Positions 48,674 through 59,413 of a DNA stretch of 64,000 nucleotides are shown here, one piece after another (within the stretch, counting starts at the first letter, position 1; each line of letters opens with the position of its first letter). The stretch comes from a virus, in IMG/VR virus record IMGVR_UViG_3300009103_001698, positions 17,937 to 81,936 of that record. One strand, 5' to 3'. Below the pieces are notes generated by a model. That model saw nothing but the letters and a program-made list of their open reading frames with translations, had not been told where the DNA came from and ran no database searches. A program made the translations under genes and the position numbers.

Positions 48674-51600
48674 TGAGCATCAAAAAATACTTTGATAAAC
48701 AAAAAGAGCAAACATCAGGTCTAAGAGGCTTGACGAAATCTACTGTTCAACAACTAACAGAAAGTGTTGAGTCAGAAGCTTATGTCAAAGAATTTACTAA
48801 AGGTAAAAACGAATTTATTCCAAACGTTGATTATAGCGATCCAGCTAATTTTGTAAAATTCGGTTCAGCTACAAAATATTATGAAGATGCTATAAAGAGA
48901 ATCTACAGTCAATATCCTTATGATGGCTCAGCGGCTGAGCAATTAGCGTTTTATAACGAATTGACACCGCTAGAAAAACACATCTTTGATAATCTTTATC
49001 CGACGTCGACTGGTTATGTTAACTTTGATGGATCATCTTATGTGACTTTTAATGCCGGCCCTCACGTCGGTAATGTTTATAACACAGCAAGTAATCAAGG
49101 AAATAATCTGAAGTTTGATTCCGACGTTGGAAATACGATTGAATTTTGGATGAAAAAGACTGATCTTACTGCCGATACGGAAGTCATCTTTACAGCAACG
49201 GCTAGCCTAAACTACTTTCAGATAAATTACACCGGCTCAGTTGCAGGAACACTTTCAGCTTCCTTCGACGGGACTACTGTAAGTCTAGACACCGGTTTAA
49301 CAACCATAGCAGATGCTAAGTGGCATCATTACGCTTTAGTATTTGATGGTTCTGCTTCTTTGTACGTCGACCGAGTTCGAACAGACAAAAAAACATATAC
49401 AGGATTCGCTAGTGCTGTTGATATGACAACCGGTTATGTTGCCGCAAACTCATCTGGTACCAGCTTATTGTCCGCTTCGCTTGATGATTTTCGTTTTTGG
49501 AAAACGACAAGAACGGCAAAACAAATTGGCAGAAATTATCTAGCACCGGTTAACGGCGGGACAAATACCGACACAAACAAATACTATTATACTAGCAGTA
49601 TAGATAATAACTCAGCGGATCTTGGAGTCTATTATAAATTCAACGAGGGGATCACTGGTAATTCAGCAGCAGATGCTCTCGTACTTGATTATTCTGGACG
49701 AGTGTCCAATGGTACTTTTGTTGGATATTCTACAACATCCAGACATACAGGATCCGCAATGGTCCTTTCGACCATCACTAAAAAAGAGAAACCAGATCCT
49801 ATTTTATACAGCACCCACCCAGAGGTTGTTACGCTTTCTACTAATTTAGCTGCCACAGGTGCATTTTATGACGAAGTTAACAACGGTAGTCTTTATAATT
49901 CAATCCCGCAGTGGATCCGCGAAGAGGATGAAGACACTCAGAATATATCAAAATTAACTCAAATTATGGGTAGCTATTTGGACACCTTATATGGTCAAGT
50001 GGGTGAGATTAATAAACTACAAGATACCTCTTATACTTCTGGTTCTGGAGCTAAGCCGACAGTTTTTGGTAAAAGACTATTACAATCTAAAGGCTTCGAT
50101 GCTCCGGAGTTGTTCGTCGATGGCGATGTACTAGAAGAGATCTTTTCGAGAGATGAAAAAAGAGTTTATGAAGAAAAACTTTACAACCTTAAAAACTTGA
50201 TCTATAAGAACATTTATAATAATTTATCTTACATCAACAAATCCAAAGGAACGGAAAAAGCATTCCGAAATTTATTTCGATGTTACGGAGTAGATGATAA
50301 TTTATTTAGAATTAACATTTATGGGAATGATGTAGAGCATACGCTCAGGGATACACACGAATCAACTACAACTAAGACGAATGCCGTTGACTTTTCAGGT
50401 ATTAAAAGAGCGTTAGATAGGGAAGCAACAGTATTTCAGTACCCCTCTTCTTCTACAGATTATGGCTATGTCAGCGCTTCTACTGGAGACTTGGATATAC
50501 CGTTTACCGCAGAAGCAGAAATTCTTTTCCCCAAAGTCCCAGACATTGCTAGTTTAAGCAGCCTAGAGACGCTTGTAACGGCTTCCTTGTTTGGGTGCTA
50601 CGGAGCAACTGGAACTCCAAGTTCTATCGACCTGACGACGTACAACCCCGATTTCCAAGTATATTCTGTTAAAGATACTGCTACCAATAGAACTCACTTT
50701 AAGGTGACTTCTTCGACTGGGCATTTTCCAACGATTACCTCACCCAATTTTCATGATGTATACGAAGATTCTAAGTGGAACTTGGCAATAAGAGTAAGAC
50801 CACAAGAACATCCATTTTCTTCTTACGTGACAGCCTCATCATTGGCTTCTTTTGAATTTTATGGGGTTAATGTCGATCACGGGACGATAGTTAATGAGTT
50901 TTCTCTTTCTCAATCTATGTCAGCGACTTCAGCTAGTTTGTTTACAACTGTAACGAATAAAAGGTTTTATGCCGGTGCATTACGCCAGAACTTCTCAGGT
51001 ACTCTGACAACAAAATCAGATATCAGACTTTCTAGTCTGCGTTGTTGGGGGGATTATCTAACTGATCTAGAAATACAATACCACGCAAAAGACCCATCAA
51101 ACTATGGACGGCTTAGTCCAGATCAGAATAGTTTTGTATGGGAAGGAAATATAGGTTTTCTACACGTCCCCCGAATTGATACTTTGGCATTAAATTGGGA
51201 TTTCACAACAGTAACGTCCAGTGATGCTTCGGGTAGATTCTCAATTCAAGACCTGTCCTCTGGATCAGCTGCAATGCATTCTAGATATCCCGCAGGACAC
51301 TACTCAGCATTCGTTAAAAATAACCACACTGGTCGAGGTCAGTTTTTTGAGGAAAGTAGTCAAAATGTGGTTTCTATTGAATTTATTCCAACATCAAAAC
51401 AGCTAGGACCAGAAAACCTGCATTCTTCTGATTTAATAGAAATTTTAACTTTTGATGATACTACATTTGTCAGAGAGACTCGCCCAACAAAACATTACTT
51501 CGCAATTGAAGCCAGTATGTATGATTTAGTGTCGACTAGTATGATGAATTTCTTTGCTTCTATCGAAGATTTTAATAATCAAATTGGCGAACCAATTTAT

Positions 51601-54600
51601 ATGTACCGCGACAAATACAAGGGGATGGATAAACTTAGAAACTTGTTCTTCGAAAGAGTTAATAATATTCCCGACGTCGACAAATTTGTAAAATTGTACA
51701 AATGGTTGGACCAAGCTTTAGATTCGGTAGTTGCCAATTTAGTACCTCTATCAGCAAATATTTCAGGTGAAGTTCGAACAATCATAGAAAGCCACATTCT
51801 GGAGAGAAATAAATATCGCCACAAATACCACACTATCAAGGATTATGTTCGAGTTGACAACGATGTCCAATTACGTGCAACTGAAGAAGCAGAAGCCTTG
51901 CCAGAATATGATATGACTGCTATCAGTGCTCAGCCAACAGATGTTGTCGCTGTTCCCGCACCTTTAACTGCGGCTCCAATGAAGAGGGTTCAGATGTCTT
52001 GGGATCGCCCACCGCTTGATCTGACAGACGAATCAGAAGCTGCTAGTTGGTGGAAAAACCGCGCCGAACAAGACAAGGGTCATCTAGTTAGCTCCGACAC
52101 AGAAGCAAACACCTCTAGAGCACAATTGAGAGCTAATCGTTTTCGAGGGAAACAACAAGAGAATTTTGGCCCGGTTACAATTAGTGCTAAAAAGACGACG
52201 CTTTTTTCGGGACCAAACATTCCCAACAAAAGGTGGGATAACTATAAAGGTAAAATAACGGAGGGAGATACTTCTACTGATGGAATGGTTGCGGAGTTCG
52301 ACGACGCCACAGCTAATAAAACAGGGGAACCTTATGTCTATGATCAATCCTTAACGGGAAGCAAGAGAAGAGTTCCAATGAAAGTCAAGAACTCTTCTGA
52401 TAATGCTTATCATCTGGGTCAAGAAAGCCTCCCCTTTACAGTAATGAGTTCTTCCGTCCAAACCGGATATCAGTCTGCACTTTCTGGAATGGACCAAGCA
52501 GTAGCAATAGAAGAAATACATCACGACATTTATGGTCCACATTTTGAAACTACAATGCAAGGACCATTTCCTGAAGAAAATGTAGGTGGTTCAGATTATA
52601 GGCACGGCCAGCTTTTTGATTCTTCTTCGCAAAGAAAAGAAGGTTTCATTATTGAAGTTAATGGAACAGACACTCTTAATGTTTTTGGTCCACGCCATAA
52701 TGACACCAACAAATCTTATGGAACTTACTACAGAGACGAAGTAGCAAAACGACCGGTTGTGATTAAAAACGTGAAACAAACTGGTTCATCTGATTACATT
52801 GCCACAGCTTATGTAAGAAATTCAAATTATCAAAAAGACTATGAAATTGTTCACACTTTCGGTAGAAGAGAAAACAACAAATACCTTAAATCGGTTGATG
52901 GAGTCCTCCCAGTTTCTGCTTCCTCTTCTTATGTTAGTTGGTCACCCGGAGCCCCGGTTTATGATTTCCCTTTACCAGAACGTCCAGCTAATGAACACAT
53001 TATTGTCAATAGATTCTCCAATAGAACGGGCCTTGAGGGAGAGTCAGAAGGTTATTTGGATAGAGAATCAGCAGAATATTCTGTTTATAATGCCAATCCT
53101 TATCAAGCTTTAACTGTGAAAGAAAGTTTAAATGAGTTGAGTTCGAGATTTAATGATACTCACGGTCAAGATCCTTTTTATGGATCACCAATTCAATCGT
53201 TTCACAAAACTCATAGAAATACAATTATCAGACCACATACGGATTCTGCCTCTATTTCATTGGTAGCAGAGGAATTCCGCGACAACCTCTTTGTCCAACA
53301 TCAGATCCCAAGATCAGACATAAATTATAAGTGGATTAATGATTCTTGGATTGTGCAAAGAAGCGGATCTGGTGTTGATGGTTTCGTTGCTTCTTATGGG
53401 CATGACATCAGCAGCATTACAGCCAGCGACTATCTGCCATTAATGGGATTTGAATATTCAGCAGATAATTTAAGATTTGTTAGCCAGAGCGAAGTCGGTA
53501 CTTTTATCACGTCAGCGGTATATAACAGTGCTTCTCCCGGCGCCACCGCAACTTATGTAACTCAAAGCTCACGATTTTTTGGCACCACTTGGGATAATTT
53601 AAACGCTTTTGGGTTTATACCTGTTGATTTTGTAGGAATGAATCATGGCATCTATGAACCGGTATCATCTTCCACTAACACTTTGGGTTATCGAGGAATT
53701 GCAAGCTTAGTGGTCGATTCTGTGACAAGCAGTGCAGATGCTCTGGTTCTAGTTGAGGCAAATTATGTTAATCGGAACTTTGTTAAAGGTTTGCGATCTG
53801 GTTATCTATATCCTCAACCTCACTATTTTCATGAAGAAACTTTTCAGTCTAGCTCTCTCCCGGGAGTTACTTTCCTTCTGAATGCGATTAATCTTCACCG
53901 TAACGGCCCTTACGGCTATCCAACTTGGAAGCAAGTTCGAACCGGACAACATCCAGTTGCCCGATATCATAAAAATAATAACATTTATGAATCACACAAG
54001 AAAGTTTATGATCCTGCGACAGATGTTGTTAAAGATAAAATAACCAGAATCATACAATCACCAGTGACAATTAAACATAAACCAATTAAACATAATTTGG
54101 AAGATCATATGATTCAATATGAATTTGGTAACGATTATCATCATTATGGTACAACTTACGACTCAAGTAAAAAAGAAATAAAAGATTATAATAGTGAATT
54201 TAACTCCAATGTAGAATTTTATAATAATTCAACTTTATTTAAAATGAATAGAAATGATGGATTGGAGTGGTCTTCCTTCCGCTATTCAGAAACTATTTGG
54301 CCCAAAGATGAAAATGTTTATAGAAGTGTTATCCGAGATAAACCTTTTTATGTAACAATTTGGAATGATGACATTAAATACCGTGTTGAAAATGCCCAAT
54401 ATAAGAAATCAAGTCAAAGTGATCTTTACAACTCCTTTGTAAGTTATTGGCCAATGGATGCCTATCCCAACACTGATGATATGCATGACCCCGGCGGCGG
54501 TGTGAGCGGAGAGGATTTCGACATTTCCGGTGAGTTGATGAGTTATGATAACGAGTATTTTATTCTCAACCACGCACACATCGATGGCGGCTCCTTCAGT

Positions 54601-57378
54601 GGCGATGCGGCTTTTTATGCTCGTGTTAGTTATGGGAGGAATTATAGCGGCACACGTCCAAGAAACTTTCTACACTCTCAGGCTGGAACAGGAGCATTTT
54701 ATAATTCGTATGATGAATTCGCAACAGACATCCGGCCCATGGGCAAGGATTATTCATTATTGCCTCAATTTTCGATATCTGACTACGTTAAAACAATTGG
54801 AACAGAACATAATTTTGATTTCTATCAAGACATATATGATCTAGAGTTAGCTGGTGTAACTGGTTCAGATCACAACACGCGAGTTTGGTATTCATCGGGT
54901 TTCAATATAGTTACTATTCCCGGGTTTTCAAAGGAAAAATTTCATGAAACTTATGTTAATTCTGAAATAGTAACACACCTAGACGAATTAAAAGAAGAGT
55001 TCGGAGAACCACAGACAATTTCTATTAAAATGGATGGCATTTTGAAATTACTACCACTGGAAGGTTTTTATCCAATGCAAAGAACAGTGCAAATGGCAAC
55101 ACAATTTTCACAATCTTATGGACTCTCTTCTGCTGGTTCTACTACACACGCCGGCGCCCTTGAAACTATTTGGCAAACAACTTTGAAACCATTCTTTGCG
55201 CCCGGGATCATGTATAATTCAATCAAATCCGGTATGGCGGTTGACTACCCAGTCATAGATAAGGAAACGTATGATTTGACGGTGGGAGATAATTATGATC
55301 TATATTACCCTTCTGGTTCTACTGGTTCATACACGAAGCGTCTACCCTTTGAGACAATTGTTGAACCTGAATTTTATTGTAAATTAATGAGAGGTACAGC
55401 GGAAATTAGTAGTTCCGACAATATAACGTTTTATGATCATGATCCCGATATGCCAACAATAGTTTCAACTGGCACATTGGGTCAAACTGATGGCGTCTAT
55501 GAAAACATGTCACACAACTTTTTTGCGGAAGTTCCTAATTTCTTTTTAAAGGATCTAACAAGTTTTAAATCAAAGCCAGTGAACGAGTGGAAATTTGACG
55601 GTCCTTTATCTTCTAGCACTGGAATAAAAAAATGGGCTATGGATGTCAAGGTAGTTAAAACAGACAATTTTACAATGCATAATAACCCGGGTTATTTTGG
55701 ACATTCTCCCTATACCCATCACACGCCACCTTATTACGCTCTCAGAGACAGCACAAAATCTTATTGGAAACTCGCCAGCAGCGGATCAGCGCTCGTCGGC
55801 TCTGCTTCCTATTATGTGTCAAGCAGTCACGGTGGAATACCACCAGCCGCTGCGCACTATAGAAATACTGCTATAGCAACAATTGTCTTTGATCCTTCTA
55901 AAATAGCTGATGAGGATCCAATAAAGTTTAATAGTGGCAAGTTTTCATATGAAGACATTGTGTCAAATACAACAATTACTTATAAAAATGAAGATCTGCA
56001 AGCGCAGTATGCTGCTTCCCCAACTGCTTTTTCGGGAACCATTGATAATAAATTTATGAAATTAGACGCCAGTGTTAATATGTTTAATAAAACACAAGAT
56101 AATAGATGGGTGGTTGGTACCAAATGGGAAACACCAGTTTTAAATTTTGCTAACGTGTCAGCAACTAGTTCGGCGGGAACAAATTCGACATTACAAGCCA
56201 ATCGCTCGTATGCATACGCTGGTATGTGGCACCAATATGGACAAACTTGTGCCGGCAGCGAGGGTTTGTTTATGACTGTTACCACTCCTAGGTTAAGCCC
56301 TACAGAAAAAACTCTAACTGGGTCTTTGGCCACAGCATGTGGGTTCTCGACCAAACAAAAACGCATCGGAGACATAAAACTTCAGAAAGAAATCCGGGAA
56401 GCTGTTTGTGCTATTCCGTTTTACATTGATTCCGCAGGACAAGAAAAGTTCTTCGATATTCCTTTGGACTCATTCGAGCAGGCGTTTAGCGATCTACAAC
56501 AAGCCAAGGAAGCGGCTAAAACTGTAAAGAAGAAAGGTGAAGATTTTGTCCTCGCCTTGGAAAACTCTATATCAGATATGATTCATAAAATGTCGAAGTA
56601 TATTGTAATGCCGCAATATGATTTTGCAAAAGTCCGCAGTAGAAAAGGAGCACCAATCTTTTCTAAAAATGAATACACACCAGCACTACCTCCATTTGCT
56701 ATGTACATATTTGAGTTTTCAACATTGTTGAAATATGACGATTTAAAGAAGATTTGGCAGGGAGTTATGCCAGAAATAGCTGTAACAGCGGAAACGCAAG
56801 ATATTACAATCAGTCACCCGATTCAAGACAAAGAGCTTATAAGTCCTCTAAGTCTTAAAGAATTAGAACTTAATGAAATACCATCTGACATTCGCTGGAA
56901 GATCTTCAAGATCAAAAGAAGGGCTCATAACGATTATTATACTATGCTTGAGGAGCAGTTTGATCTACCTGCGAACGCTTACACAAGACATGATGATACT
57001 CTAAGTTCCGATTTCGGACACAACTGGCCTTATGATTATTGTTCGCTGGTCGAAATGGGCAAGATGGAAGTATCTTTTGATTTCAAGAAAGAAATCAAAG
57101 AAGAAAAGAAAGTTACTAAAGAAAGAGAAGAAGCAGTAAGAGAAATTACTATTGCCAGAAAAGATATTGTGGAAGAACTAAGTCGACCTTCACAACGAGT
57201 TCCTCGTCGAAGGCAACCAAAAACTAGAGAAGCCCGCGTATCACAAGAACCTAAACCACAAATAAGGACCCCACAAGACTTGAGAGCGGCAGTAGAGAGA
57301 CCAAAAAGAAAGAAAATTGAAGAAGAGGAAGTTGCTGAACCAAGAACGAGATCCCGAAAGAGAGAAGAGGAACGATAA
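48673..57378 (+). CDS. giant baseplate/tail protein with LamG-like domains (2901 aa)
   Basis: TIEFWMK, WHHYAL, LDDFRFWK LamG motifs; KSKGTEKA baseplate-wedge-like motif; follows gp6. Confidence 0.7.
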   Translation: MSIKKYFDKQKEQTSGLRGLTKSTVQQLTESVESEAYVKEFTKGKNEFIPNVDYSDPANFVKFGSATKYYEDAIKRIYSQYPYDGSAAEQLAFYNELTPLEKHIFDNLYPTSTGYVNFDGSSYVTFNAGPHVGNVYNTASNQGNNLKFDSDVGNTIEFWMKKTDLTADTEVIFTATASLNYFQINYTGSVAGTLSASFDGTTVSLDTGLTTIADAKWHHYALVFDGSASLYVDRVRTDKKTYTGFASAVDMTTGYVAANSSGTSLLSASLDDFRFWKTTRTAKQIGRNYLAPVNGGTNTDTNKYYYTSSIDNNSADLGVYYKFNEGITGNSAADALVLDYSGRVSNGTFVGYSTTSRHTGSAMVLSTITKKEKPDPILYSTHPEVVTLSTNLAATGAFYDEVNNGSLYNSIPQWIREEDEDTQNISKLTQIMGSYLDTLYGQVGEINKLQDTSYTSGSGAKPTVFGKRLLQSKGFDAPELFVDGDVLEEIFSRDEKRVYEEKLYNLKNLIYKNIYNNLSYINKSKGTEKAFRNLFRCYGVDDNLFRINIYGNDVEHTLRDTHESTTTKTNAVDFSGIKRALDREATVFQYPSSSTDYGYVSASTGDLDIPFTAEAEILFPKVPDIASLSSLETLVTASLFGCYGATGTPSSIDLTTYNPDFQVYSVKDTATNRTHFKVTSSTGHFPTITSPNFHDVYEDSKWNLAIRVRPQEHPFSSYVTASSLASFEFYGVNVDHGTIVNEFSLSQSMSATSASLFTTVTNKRFYAGALRQNFSGTLTTKSDIRLSSLRCWGDYLTDLEIQYHAKDPSNYGRLSPDQNSFVWEGNIGFLHVPRIDTLALNWDFTTVTSSDASGRFSIQDLSSGSAAMHSRYPAGHYSAFVKNNHTGRGQFFEESSQNVVSIEFIPTSKQLGPENLHSSDLIEILTFDDTTFVRETRPTKHYFAIEASMYDLVSTSMMNFFASIEDFNNQIGEPIYMYRDKYKGMDKLRNLFFERVNNIPDVDKFVKLYKWLDQALDSVVANLVPLSANISGEVRTIIESHILERNKYRHKYHTIKDYVRVDNDVQLRATEEAEALPEYDMTAISAQPTDVVAVPAPLTAAPMKRVQMSWDRPPLDLTDESEAASWWKNRAEQDKGHLVSSDTEANTSRAQLRANRFRGKQQENFGPVTISAKKTTLFSGPNIPNKRWDNYKGKITEGDTSTDGMVAEFDDATANKTGEPYVYDQSLTGSKRRVPMKVKNSSDNAYHLGQESLPFTVMSSSVQTGYQSALSGMDQAVAIEEIHHDIYGPHFETTMQGPFPEENVGGSDYRHGQLFDSSSQRKEGFIIEVNGTDTLNVFGPRHNDTNKSYGTYYRDEVAKRPVVIKNVKQTGSSDYIATAYVRNSNYQKDYEIVHTFGRRENNKYLKSVDGVLPVSASSSYVSWSPGAPVYDFPLPERPANEHIIVNRFSNRTGLEGESEGYLDRESAEYSVYNANPYQALTVKESLNELSSRFNDTHGQDPFYGSPIQSFHKTHRNTIIRPHTDSASISLVAEEFRDNLFVQHQIPRSDINYKWINDSWIVQRSGSGVDGFVASYGHDISSITASDYLPLMGFEYSADNLRFVSQSEVGTFITSAVYNSASPGATATYVTQSSRFFGTTWDNLNAFGFIPVDFVGMNHGIYEPVSSSTNTLGYRGIASLVVDSVTSSADALVLVEANYVNRNFVKGLRSGYLYPQPHYFHEETFQSSSLPGVTFLLNAINLHRNGPYGYPTWKQVRTGQHPVARYHKNNNIYESHKKVYDPATDVVKDKITRIIQSPVTIKHKPIKHNLEDHMIQYEFGNDYHHYGTTYDSSKKEIKDYNSEFNSNVEFYNNSTLFKMNRNDGLEWSSFRYSETIWPKDENVYRSVIRDKPFYVTIWNDDIKYRVENAQYKKSSQSDLYNSFVSYWPMDAYPNTDDMHDPGGGVSGEDFDISGELMSYDNEYFILNHAHIDGGSFSGDAAFYARVSYGRNYSGTRPRNFLHSQAGTGAFYNSYDEFATDIRPMGKDYSLLPQFSISDYVKTIGTEHNFDFYQDIYDLELAGVTGSDHNTRVWYSSGFNIVTIPGFSKEKFHETYVNSEIVTHLDELKEEFGEPQTISIKMDGILKLLPLEGFYPMQRTVQMATQFSQSYGLSSAGSTTHAGALETIWQTTLKPFFAPGIMYNSIKSGMAVDYPVIDKETYDLTVGDNYDLYYPSGSTGSYTKRLPFETIVEPEFYCKLMRGTAEISSSDNITFYDHDPDMPTIVSTGTLGQTDGVYENMSHNFFAEVPNFFLKDLTSFKSKPVNEWKFDGPLSSSTGIKKWAMDVKVVKTDNFTMHNNPGYFGHSPYTHHTPPYYALRDSTKSYWKLASSGSALVGSASYYVSSSHGGIPPAAAHYRNTAIATIVFDPSKIADEDPIKFNSGKFSYEDIVSNTTITYKNEDLQAQYAASPTAFSGTIDNKFMKLDASVNMFNKTQDNRWVVGTKWETPVLNFANVSATSSAGTNSTLQANRSYAYAGMWHQYGQTCAGSEGLFMTVTTPRLSPTEKTLTGSLATACGFSTKQKRIGDIKLQKEIREAVCAIPFYIDSAGQEKFFDIPLDSFEQAFSDLQQAKEAAKTVKKKGEDFVLALENSISDMIHKMSKYIVMPQYDFAKVRSRKGAPIFSKNEYTPALPPFAMYIFEFSTLLKYDDLKKIWQGVMPEIAVTAETQDITISHPIQDKELISPLSLKELELNEIPSDIRWKIFKIKRRAHNDYYTMLEEQFDLPANAYTRHDDTLSSDFGHNWPYDYCSLVEMGKMEVSFDFKKEIKEEKKVTKEREEAVREITIARKDIVEELSRPSQRVPRRRQPKTREARVSQEPKPQIRTPQDLRAAVERPKRKKIEEEEVAEPRTRSRKREEER

Positions 57379-57384
57379 AGAATA

Positions 57385-58443
57385 ATGGCATTTTTTGATA
57401 AAAAAGAAGAAGTATTAGATTTGGTCCTTACAAGGCGAGGTCGAGAATTATTGGCTGAAGGTAATCTTAAACCAACCTATTATGATTTCTTTGATGATGA
57501 AATTATCTATGATCATAAGTATGTTACGACCAGTAGCACCGAAACTCAAAATGAAATTGTTCCACGAATTAAAGATGCTGTAAGCTTAAAGAACCAAAAT
57601 GGCTGGCACGAAGCTGTAAAAGAATCAGCAAATAGAAGAAAAATACCACTACTGTTTAAGCCATTAGCCAAGGCGTCCAGCTTTGATGAAAATAAACCTG
57701 CTTGGGAAATTAATGTCAACGAAGGTTATGTTAATGGTGCAGTCGGAATGACACCAATTGAATATTCTAGTGGAAAATTACAAACGTATATGGAGGATCA
57801 TATCCCTCAAGTAGAGGTGTTGTGTGAATACTCTGCTTCTTTTGTGGTCGATATGCTCAAAGATCCAGAGTTAATACAAATGTGGTTGTCAAGAACTTCT
57901 GATGATCTATTGTTGGATGTGGAAGAACATAATGCTGACGACACAGAAGACAATTTTACTCTGGAAGTTTTCAAATATGTGTATTCAGGTTCTGTGATAC
58001 TTGATATTGAACCAATGAAATTTTCAGAAGATGAACATAATCCAGAAATAGTAGAATACTTTTTTAATATTTTAACAGATTCAGACGTTGATGAAGAACT
58101 TACAATTAAATATATTGATGAAGATATTGAAAAACAATTTGATAGTGATGATAAATGTGCTGCTGATAATTCTTGTGCAAATGAGAAGATAGAACAACTT
58201 AGGAAAGAAATTACGAAACTGAACTCTGAACTCATTGATGTTGCCATAGATCAAGGCTCCTTTGATGTGGAATTATCCTTTTCTGAGCAGGAATGTCGGA
58301 AAGCTTATAAGTGTATTAAATGTACTTATTCACAGGGGACTGCTTATTGGCAAGCAGGAGATGATGAGCAGGCTGACTTCTGGGTTAAAACCTGTAAAGA
58401 GATAGAAGCAGCTGGTGGTAAAGCAGAGGTTATTAAAAAATGA
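57385..58443 (+). CDS. structural protein with N-terminal D.VLT..GR..LA domain
   Basis: MAFFDKKEEVLDLVLTRRGRELLA..F.DDEI.Y; paralogous N-terminus to the gene at 63918. Confidence 0.6.
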   Translation: MAFFDKKEEVLDLVLTRRGRELLAEGNLKPTYYDFFDDEIIYDHKYVTTSSTETQNEIVPRIKDAVSLKNQNGWHEAVKESANRRKIPLLFKPLAKASSFDENKPAWEINVNEGYVNGAVGMTPIEYSSGKLQTYMEDHIPQVEVLCEYSASFVVDMLKDPELIQMWLSRTSDDLLLDVEEHNADDTEDNFTLEVFKYVYSGSVILDIEPMKFSEDEHNPEIVEYFFNILTDSDVDEELTIKYIDEDIEKQFDSDDKCAADNSCANEKIEQLRKEITKLNSELIDVAIDQGSFDVELSFSEQECRKAYKCIKCTYSQGTAYWQAGDDEQADFWVKTCKEIEAAGGKAEVIKK

Positions 58444-59405
58444 CGATGATACCAACATTTTATAAAAAGAAAAAACCAGATATAAGCAGCTTGCTTAATC
58501 AAAAGGACAATCTTTATTTTTCTAAATTTCATCACACCTTTGATGAAGACGGCAATCTTCGCTTCTTTTTCGTGTGCGATTATGATAATCTAAAAAACCA
58601 ATTGGGTGTTATTACAGCAAGAGTTATGAGATATAGAGTAGAAAATCCATCGGGAGATTATAAAGAAGCAAAAGAAATAGAATTAGCAGCAGTTTCGGAT
58701 TTCTCCACAGGGAATGACAAGGGCTTTGTTTACTTTACCGGAACTGATTCTGATTTTAATAAGCAAGCTCGTTACGACTATAAAGTTACTTTATTCATAC
58801 TTTCGAAAAATACTAGTCCCGATAGAACACCATTGGCAGTCGACACTATGCAGTTTAACTCTGGTAATGTCCCTTCCGGACTGATTGAACTTAATAATGT
58901 TTTTCCAACAGTACAATACGAAAAAGGGCAACAAATACCCTTAAATTTAACAGAGCAAGGTTTGGGTTGTAAAATGGCAACAATACAAGATGTAAAAATC
59001 TTACACTCAACAAATGCTCTTATCACTCACGAAGAAAAGAATAATTTTTTGAAAAGACCATTGTTGAAAAAGGTAGAGAACTTTGTAAAATTTAAAACTG
59101 TTTCAAAAAAAGCTGATTTGGGGGGCTTTAATATTGGAACAACCACAAATTTAGCAGCAAAACAAAAAGATGATAGTCCCAATAATTATCTAGAAATCAA
59201 CTCAATTGAATCGTCAGAACCCATTAAAATGGAGTATTTGTCTATTTATAACACGATGATTATGGATAAATCTAATTCAGTTACTTTGGAAAATTGGCAA
59301 CCAATAACACACGAAGTTTTGGATAATTTAGCTGGTAAAAAGATTTTAGTACGAATAAACACACCCGAAACAGTGACAAATAAGTACTTTTTCGTGCAGG
59401 AGTAA
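58440..59405 (+). CDS. hypothetical protein (structural module)
   Basis: 321-aa ORF coupled to the upstream gene. Confidence 0.6.
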   Translation: MTMIPTFYKKKKPDISSLLNQKDNLYFSKFHHTFDEDGNLRFFFVCDYDNLKNQLGVITARVMRYRVENPSGDYKEAKEIELAAVSDFSTGNDKGFVYFTGTDSDFNKQARYDYKVTLFILSKNTSPDRTPLAVDTMQFNSGNVPSGLIELNNVFPTVQYEKGQQIPLNLTEQGLGCKMATIQDVKILHSTNALITHEEKNNFLKRPLLKKVENFVKFKTVSKKADLGGFNIGTTTNLAAKQKDDSPNNYLEINSIESSEPIKMEYLSIYNTMIMDKSNSVTLENWQPITHEVLDNLAGKKILVRINTPETVTNKYFFVQE

Positions 59406-59413
59406 AATAAGAA

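Noticed and set aside
48673-57378. Intein or tape-measure identity for the 2901-aa protein
   Set aside because: No C...HN intein ends or LAGLIDADG motifs noticed; beta-rich LamG content and position after gp6 do not fit a helical tape measure
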